The translations under genes and the position numbers were made by a program. A DNA stretch of 64,000 nt from Aureispira anguillae (lineage in GTDB: Bacteria > Bacteroidota > Bacteroidia > Chitinophagales > Saprospiraceae), in assembly GCF_026000115.1 (NCBI RefSeq), contig NZ_AP026867.1, forward strand, positions 2,905,716-2,969,715, in the 5' to 3' direction. This document shows, piece after piece, positions 60,966 to 64,000 of this stretch. Within the stretch, counting starts at the first letter, position 1. Every line of letters starts with the position of its first letter. The notes below the pieces were generated by a model that was given only the letters and a program-made list of their open reading frames with translations, was not told where the DNA came from and did not search any database.

Positions 60966-62177
60966 CTATTGTTCTAATTTAGCATTGATATTTTCTAACA
61001 ATTTCACGGTATCCTCTGTCCCTGTATCCATGCCAGAATCTTTTGCTGCCTTTAAGGCCTTTTCTGCATATACTTTAGCCGCTTCATAGTCTTTTGTTTT
61101 ATACAACAAGGCCGCTTTAGTATCTAAATTAAAAAAATTGGCCTCAATTTTAATGGATCGATCAATCCAGCCCAAAGCTTCTTTTAGTTTTTTGAGATCG
61201 TCCTCATTTTCATAGACCTTCCAAGCGACACTATTTAATTCATTAGCATCATTACACACCTTTAAATATTGAGTATATGTTTTTTGGATTTTTGCTTCGT
61301 TTGGAGGGGTTTCCATTGATGCCTCTACATAAGCTAAACGCTTCTTAAATTCTTTTTTAGCATCAGGGAATACCGCTAAGATTTCTTTTGTCAATTCCTT
61401 TTTCTTCTTTTTATCCTCTGTCTTTGCTATCTTCCAAACAGCCGCTAAATAAGTATTGGTAAGCAACATGGCAACATTTCCTTTGCTAGTCGCCTTTTCG
61501 TAAGCCGCTTTATTTTCCAATAGATATTGCGTGTATTGGTTCTCCAATTCAGCAAAACGATAAGAAGCTGCTGACATAAAAGTTAGGACTTTCTCGGTTT
61601 GTTTTTCTTCATCCGTTAACGTTTCCCAAAACTTTTCAAAAGGAGCAGAAACATCCTCTCCACAACTCACCAAGACCTCCATATATTCTGCTAAAAATGC
61701 TTTTTCATAGTTGCCACTTTCATATTTATTAACAAAGCCAACCAATTGTTTTTTGGGATCCAAAGCGTCATTACACAATGCAATTAAACCTTCTGCATCT
61801 CTAGCACCAACTCCTTTGTGCATTACTTCACCCTCTGCATTAAAATACAACAAAGTTGGATAAGCTTCTACCCCATATTTCTCAGCAAAAGCAGGCCCCT
61901 CTCCCTTTTCCATATCCATCTTATAAGAAATAAAGTTTTGGTTCAGGAACACACCAACTTCATCCTGCACAAAAATATTTTTTGCCATCCACTTACAGGG
62001 ACCACACCAAGTGGTGTAAGCATCCACAAATATGGGCTTATTTTCTTTTTGAGCTTTTGCTTTTACCGCTTCCCACGTTCCGTGTTCAAATTCAATGCCT
62101 TGAGCCTGCATGTTTCCTGCTGCAAGCAACAATAAACCCAATGCCACCCATTGCATTAAATTACCATTTTTCAACAT
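60966..62177 (-). CDS. secreted thioredoxin-domain protein with a helical (TPR-like) C-terminal region
   Basis: WCGPCK thioredoxin active site. The ORF track extends it to 62285, but the signal-peptide start MLKNGNLMQWVALGLLLLAAGNMQAQ begins at 62177 and is the more plausible initiation site. Confidence 0.68.
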   Translation of the reverse strand: MLKNGNLMQWVALGLLLLAAGNMQAQGIEFEHGTWEAVKAKAQKENKPIFVDAYTTWCGPCKWMAKNIFVQDEVGVFLNQNFISYKMDMEKGEGPAFAEKYGVEAYPTLLYFNAEGEVMHKGVGARDAEGLIALCNDALDPKKQLVGFVNKYESGNYEKAFLAEYMEVLVSCGEDVSAPFEKFWETLTDEEKQTEKVLTFMSAASYRFAELENQYTQYLLENKAAYEKATSKGNVAMLLTNTYLAAVWKIAKTEDKKKKKELTKEILAVFPDAKKEFKKRLAYVEASMETPPNEAKIQKTYTQYLKVCNDANELNSVAWKVYENEDDLKKLKEALGWIDRSIKIEANFFNLDTKAALLYKTKDYEAAKVYAEKALKAAKDSGMDTGTEDTVKLLENINAKLEQ

Positions 62178-62418
62178 AATTGTATTTTTTAAGATTTGTT
62201 GTTTAAATGCTGTCTTTAATAAAATACGCTTCCCTTTATAAGAAGAAAACAAATTGACTATCAAAAACTTTACACCTAAACACACTGAAATGATAAATAT
62301 AAAATCATTTCAATTTTAATAAAATTGAAGCTCAAAAATACAAATAAATAATTAGACCTACTTTGTCATTTTTGTTAAAGAATTTTAACATACTCTACCC
62401 GACGTTTTTTTTAAATTT

Positions 62419-62592
62419 AACCGAATGGGCTTTTTCTAGCCCTATTTTAGACCTTAGATCGTTTCACGCTTAGAAATTAGATCCCAATTAAGTTGTAATT
62501 AGGCTCTAATTTCTAATTTATAAGAGCAAAGCGGTCTAAAAATAGATAAAAGCTGCCCCAATTTTAATTTTTACAAAAACCATCGGGTAAAG
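62419..62592 (-). repeat. MITE-like intergenic repeat element, copy B (inverted relative to copy A)
   Basis: Its reverse complement aligns end to end with 23715-23885. The internal hairpin arms are slightly degenerate in this copy. Confidence 0.75.
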
Positions 62593-62710
62593 GGAGCATA
62601 TTCTTATCTTATATAAAGATGATTTTAGATTTTTTCTAGAATATGGATAACAAAAAAAAGAAATATCCGTAAGCCAATCCATTGTAATTTTTCATCAAAA
62701 AATATGTTTA

Positions 62711-63340
62711 ATGTACGGAATAGAAAATTGGGAAGTCTTTATCTTTACAGCCTTATTATTTATCATGACCCCTGGGATTGATACAGTATTTATTTTAAAC
62801 AAATCTATTAGCCAAGGACGAAAGGCAGGCATTTATTCAACAGTTGGAATAAATGGAGGCATCCTAGTCCATACTATTTTTGCTAGTTTGGGGCTTTCAT
62901 TGGTTATTGCACAATCAGCTATTGCTTTTATGGTTTTGAAATATGTTGGTGCCGCCTATTTGATTTATTTAGGTTTTCAGCAATTGCTGTCTAACAAAGA
63001 GCTAAAACTCAAAGCATCTAATCCCCCCCAATTATCCAATAAACAACATTTTTTTTCAGGCTTAGTGACCAATACGTTGAATCCTAAAGTAGCTTTATTT
63101 TTTTTAGCATTTTTTCCTCAATTTATATCAAAAGAATTAATGGGGAGCCCTCTACCATTTATAATTTTGGGGACAACTTATGCCTTTATTGGGCTATCTT
63201 GGTTTCTTTTATTAACCTTATGTGCTTCTATTTTTTCTAAACAATTAAAAAACAATACAAAATTCAATTATTGGTTAAACAAGGTTTCTGGACTAATTTA
63301 TATCCTAATGGGCATCAAAATAGCATTAACTAAAAAATGA
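62711..63340 (+). CDS. LysE/RhtB-family amino-acid efflux translocator
   Basis: Six TM helices, 209 aa, and a LysE-type N-terminus (FIFTALLFIMTPGIDTVFIL). Confidence 0.8.
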   Translation: MYGIENWEVFIFTALLFIMTPGIDTVFILNKSISQGRKAGIYSTVGINGGILVHTIFASLGLSLVIAQSAIAFMVLKYVGAAYLIYLGFQQLLSNKELKLKASNPPQLSNKQHFFSGLVTNTLNPKVALFFLAFFPQFISKELMGSPLPFIILGTTYAFIGLSWFLLLTLCASIFSKQLKNNTKFNYWLNKVSGLIYILMGIKIALTKK

Positions 63341-63505
63341 GTTTCATTCCACAATACCCATTAAGGATAAATTTCAACTATATTTTTCTTGCTTAAAGAA
63401 CTAAATAACCACAAATTTTAATTAACTTTGCAGGCAATATAAATCCTGCTACTTGTTTATCAAGCGACACAGGGTATTTTTGACTAAAAATAAAGTTAAA
63501 CCAAA

Positions 63506-64000
63506 ATGGCTTTAAAAATCCGTTTACAGCGTAAAGGACGCAAGAAAAAACCTTTTTATCACATTGTTGCGGCTGATGCTCGTGCTCCTCGTGATGGTAA
63601 ATTTATTCAAAAGCTAGGAATCTACAATCCATTGACAGTTCCTGCTACCATCGAGTTGGACAGAGATGCAGCTTATGACTGGTTGATGAAAGGTGCTCAA
63701 CCAACAGATACTGCTCGTGCAATTCTTAAATTCAAAGGCGTATACTACAAAAAACACCTTCAACGTGGTGTTTCTAAAGGTGCTTTTGATCAAGAAGCTG
63801 CTGACAAGATGTTGAATGAGTGGCTTGAAGCTAAAGAAGCAAAAGTTGAGAAACGTAAAGTTGCTACTCAAAATGAGCTTGAAGCACGTCGCAAAAAGAT
63901 TTTCGGTGTTGCTCCTGTCAAAAAAGTTGAAGAACCTGTAGAAGAAGCTGCAGAAGAAACAACTCCAGAAGCTGCTGTTGAATCAACTGAAACTCCAGCA
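63506..64000 (+). CDS. rpsP: 30S ribosomal protein S16, truncated at its 3' end by the window edge
   Basis: Translation gives MALKIRLQRKGRKKKPFYHIVAADARAPRDGKFIQKLGIYNP..., a textbook S16 N-terminus, followed by a K/E/A-rich tail as in Bacteroidota. It has no stop inside the window, so it is absent from the ORF track. Confidence 0.88.
   Translation, partial: MALKIRLQRKGRKKKPFYHIVAADARAPRDGKFIQKLGIYNPLTVPATIELDRDAAYDWLMKGAQPTDTARAILKFKGVYYKKHLQRGVSKGAFDQEAADKMLNEWLEAKEAKVEKRKVATQNELEARRKKIFGVAPVKKVEEPVEEAAEETTPEAAVESTETPA

Noticed and set aside
62178-62285. N-terminal 36-aa extension of the thioredoxin-domain ORF (MCLGVKF...)
   Set aside because: The internal Met at 62177 begins a canonical signal peptide. 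The extension would place a hydrophilic leader in front of it, so I treat it as an ORF-finder artefact.
23715-62592. The possibility that the two inverted MITE-like copies delimit a 38.5-kb composite transposon or genomic island
   Set aside because: The intervening DNA carries core housekeeping genes (acnA, CCA-adding enzyme, tsaC, 5-FTHF cyclo-ligase, fadD, yggS) and no integrase, transposase or tRNA anchor. The copies are better explained as independent insertions of a dispersed small element.
1-64000. Search for tRNA, rRNA, CRISPR arrays, integrases, transposases and phage genes
   Set aside because: No cloverleaf-compatible GC-rich segments in the intergenic gaps. No short regularly spaced direct repeats other than the coding tandem repeats in the adhesin. 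No recombinase-like ORFs.

Overview
This is an AT-rich chromosomal segment from a member of the Bacteroidota. I base that on Type IX secretion (T9SS) C-terminal sorting domains on three large or medium secreted proteins, a SprB-like adhesin gene followed by a PorP/SprF-family gene, TAnnTTTG-type -7 promoter boxes, and ribosomal protein S16 with a long C-terminal tail. The window mixes housekeeping genes with a large complement of surface and secreted proteins. Housekeeping genes: cmk, lpdA, acnA, CCA-adding enzyme, tsaC/yrdC, 5-FTHF cyclo-ligase, fadD, yggS, rpsP. Surface and secreted proteins: a partial more-than-1500 aa SprB-like repeat adhesin with a type B CTD; a 2541 aa adhesin built from about 21 Kre9/GPI-anchor-like domains, with five near-identical 855-bp tandem DNA units and a type A CTD; a T9SS cargo protein with a thioredoxin fold; a TonB-dependent receptor with a partner lipoprotein; and several small secreted proteins. 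Regulatory genes: a secreted NucA-like nuclease co-oriented with a LytTR response regulator, with a convergent Y_Y_Y/LytS-type histidine kinase; an OmpR/HisKA pair; and a eukaryotic-like Ser/Thr kinase with a transmembrane segment and a coiled-coil tail. Features not explained by standard annotation: (i) three paralogous small cytoplasmic proteins of about 135 aa (8.9-12.0 kb) interleaved with a T9SS cargo gene, each with a conserved 5' leader; (ii) an uncharacterized two-gene cassette (184 aa and 658 aa, no signal peptides) preceded by three TTGnnTAAGTGT direct repeats at exact 21-bp phasing; (iii) a MITE-like element of about 165 bp carrying a perfect 19-bp internal hairpin, present twice in inverted orientation at about 23.8 kb and 62.5 kb; (iv) a fusion of a 6-phosphogluconolactonase-like domain to an alpha/beta hydrolase; and (v) several long perfect-stem bidirectional terminators, two of which share a TAAGTCGTA core. 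I found no rRNA, tRNA, CRISPR array or obvious transposase or phage genes.
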